Of a stretch of DNA of 64,000 nucleotides, positions 63,016 to 64,000 are shown one piece after another. Position 1 is the first letter of the stretch. The number at the start of each line of letters is the position of its first letter. The notes beneath the pieces were generated by a model. The model was not told the origin of the DNA, ran no database searches, and saw only the letters and a program-made list of their open reading frames with translations. A program made the translations under genes and the position numbers. This DNA is from Hypanus sabinus. Taxonomy: Eukaryota. The stretch spans positions 44,206,001 through 44,270,000 of the forward strand of contig NC_082728.1 of NCBI RefSeq assembly GCF_030144855.1. Direction: 5' to 3'.

Positions 63016-64000
63016 CAAATCAGAATCAGTCAGGAGAGTGGAACACTAAGTTTGATAAGGGAACCAATTAGCCTAGGTTGTTTATTTCTGAGCACTTTAC
63101 CCGAAGGAGGGCTGTTGTGGTCTTAGAGGGAGCAGAGCAAAGGATTTAGCAGAATGACACTTGGATGCTAAAGGTTAAATCGTGTAGGGATTACAGGACT
63201 TCAGGACTCCATTCCTGAAAATTCAAGTTAAAGATAATTGTAGTTTCCAGCTGATAAAGAATGACTATATTTCTACTGGCTGCACCTCAGGAAACCCAAG
63301 ATAGTAATTTCAACACAAACTTTACACCTGCCTCTTTGTGAAAAATGTATGGACAAAGGGAACTCTAATAGAAATGGGAATTGATGTAAGTCTGAAGTTT
63401 ATAGAATTATATTAAACAAAAGGATTAAATTATTTGAAGCAACGGATGGACTTGGAGTTGGATGCCAAATCTACCATGATCCTATCAGACATAAATAGTG
63501 TATACAGAGATATACTCTTGAATTCAAAACAAAGAAATGAGATTCCTTTGACAATATGATCTTTTTTGCCATGCTGCTATCTTGGTATGTACTGATGTTA
63601 AACACCTGGGCTTGACGCAATCTGAGTTCCCTGCCTTGTACAAGTTGTGATAGTGAGATCCTGAGAATCTACCTGATATCACTGATAATATCTAATTTCT
63701 GATTAAGAGGAGAGCAGGACTGATGTAAAGATGTGGATCCTGTCAGTAGGAATTCCCATCCTAGCAACTTGGGGGATCTAAGTGCAATTTTTCTAAAGCT
63801 TGTGCATTTGCTCCTGAGGATGTGAGGATGTAAATAAATAATGTTTAATAAATGGTGAGCAGAGTGGTTGCAATATGATACAGAATCACATTCAGTCAGA
63901 ACACTAAAATAAGACGGGAGGAGTAGGCCAGTTGGTCCCGTAACCATGCTCGTCCTCTAGAGCAATCACAGTCTCAATACTCCTTAATGTTAGTGTTGTT

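Overview
Vertebrate genomic DNA, AT-rich and dense in repeats. The repeat landscape (CR1, Rex1/Babar, HE1/V-SINE-like, DeuSINE, Penelope) suggests a cartilaginous fish, probably a ray; this is inference only. Three spliced genes were rebuilt by hand. TMEM220 is on + (6 coding exons, 19155-28636, 174 aa). ADPRM is on - (3 coding exons, 44170-34883, 343 aa, with a probable non-coding exon 1 at about 52.0 kb). SCO1 is on + (first 3 coding exons from 54018, continuing past the window). This is the arrangement recalled for human 17p13.1: SCO1 and ADPRM head-to-head, ADPRM and TMEM220 tail-to-tail. Most other ORFs in the track are transposon fragments or noise. Mobile elements include a structurally complete tRNA-Leu-primed Gypsy element with a nested CR1, a second decayed Gypsy, three related solo LTRs with target-site duplications (TSDs), hAT and mariner elements, and Penelope-like elements (PLEs). 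The best hunt results are: (1) a dispersed family of short PLE-derived repeats carrying minimal hammerhead-ribozyme cores, including an intact TSD-flanked copy in the sense strand of SCO1 intron 1; (2) a TAGTAG tandem acceptor in SCO1 whose proximal AG inserts an in-frame stop; (3) a strong-context overlapping uORF in TMEM220. No database searches were run; homology calls come from recalled motifs.
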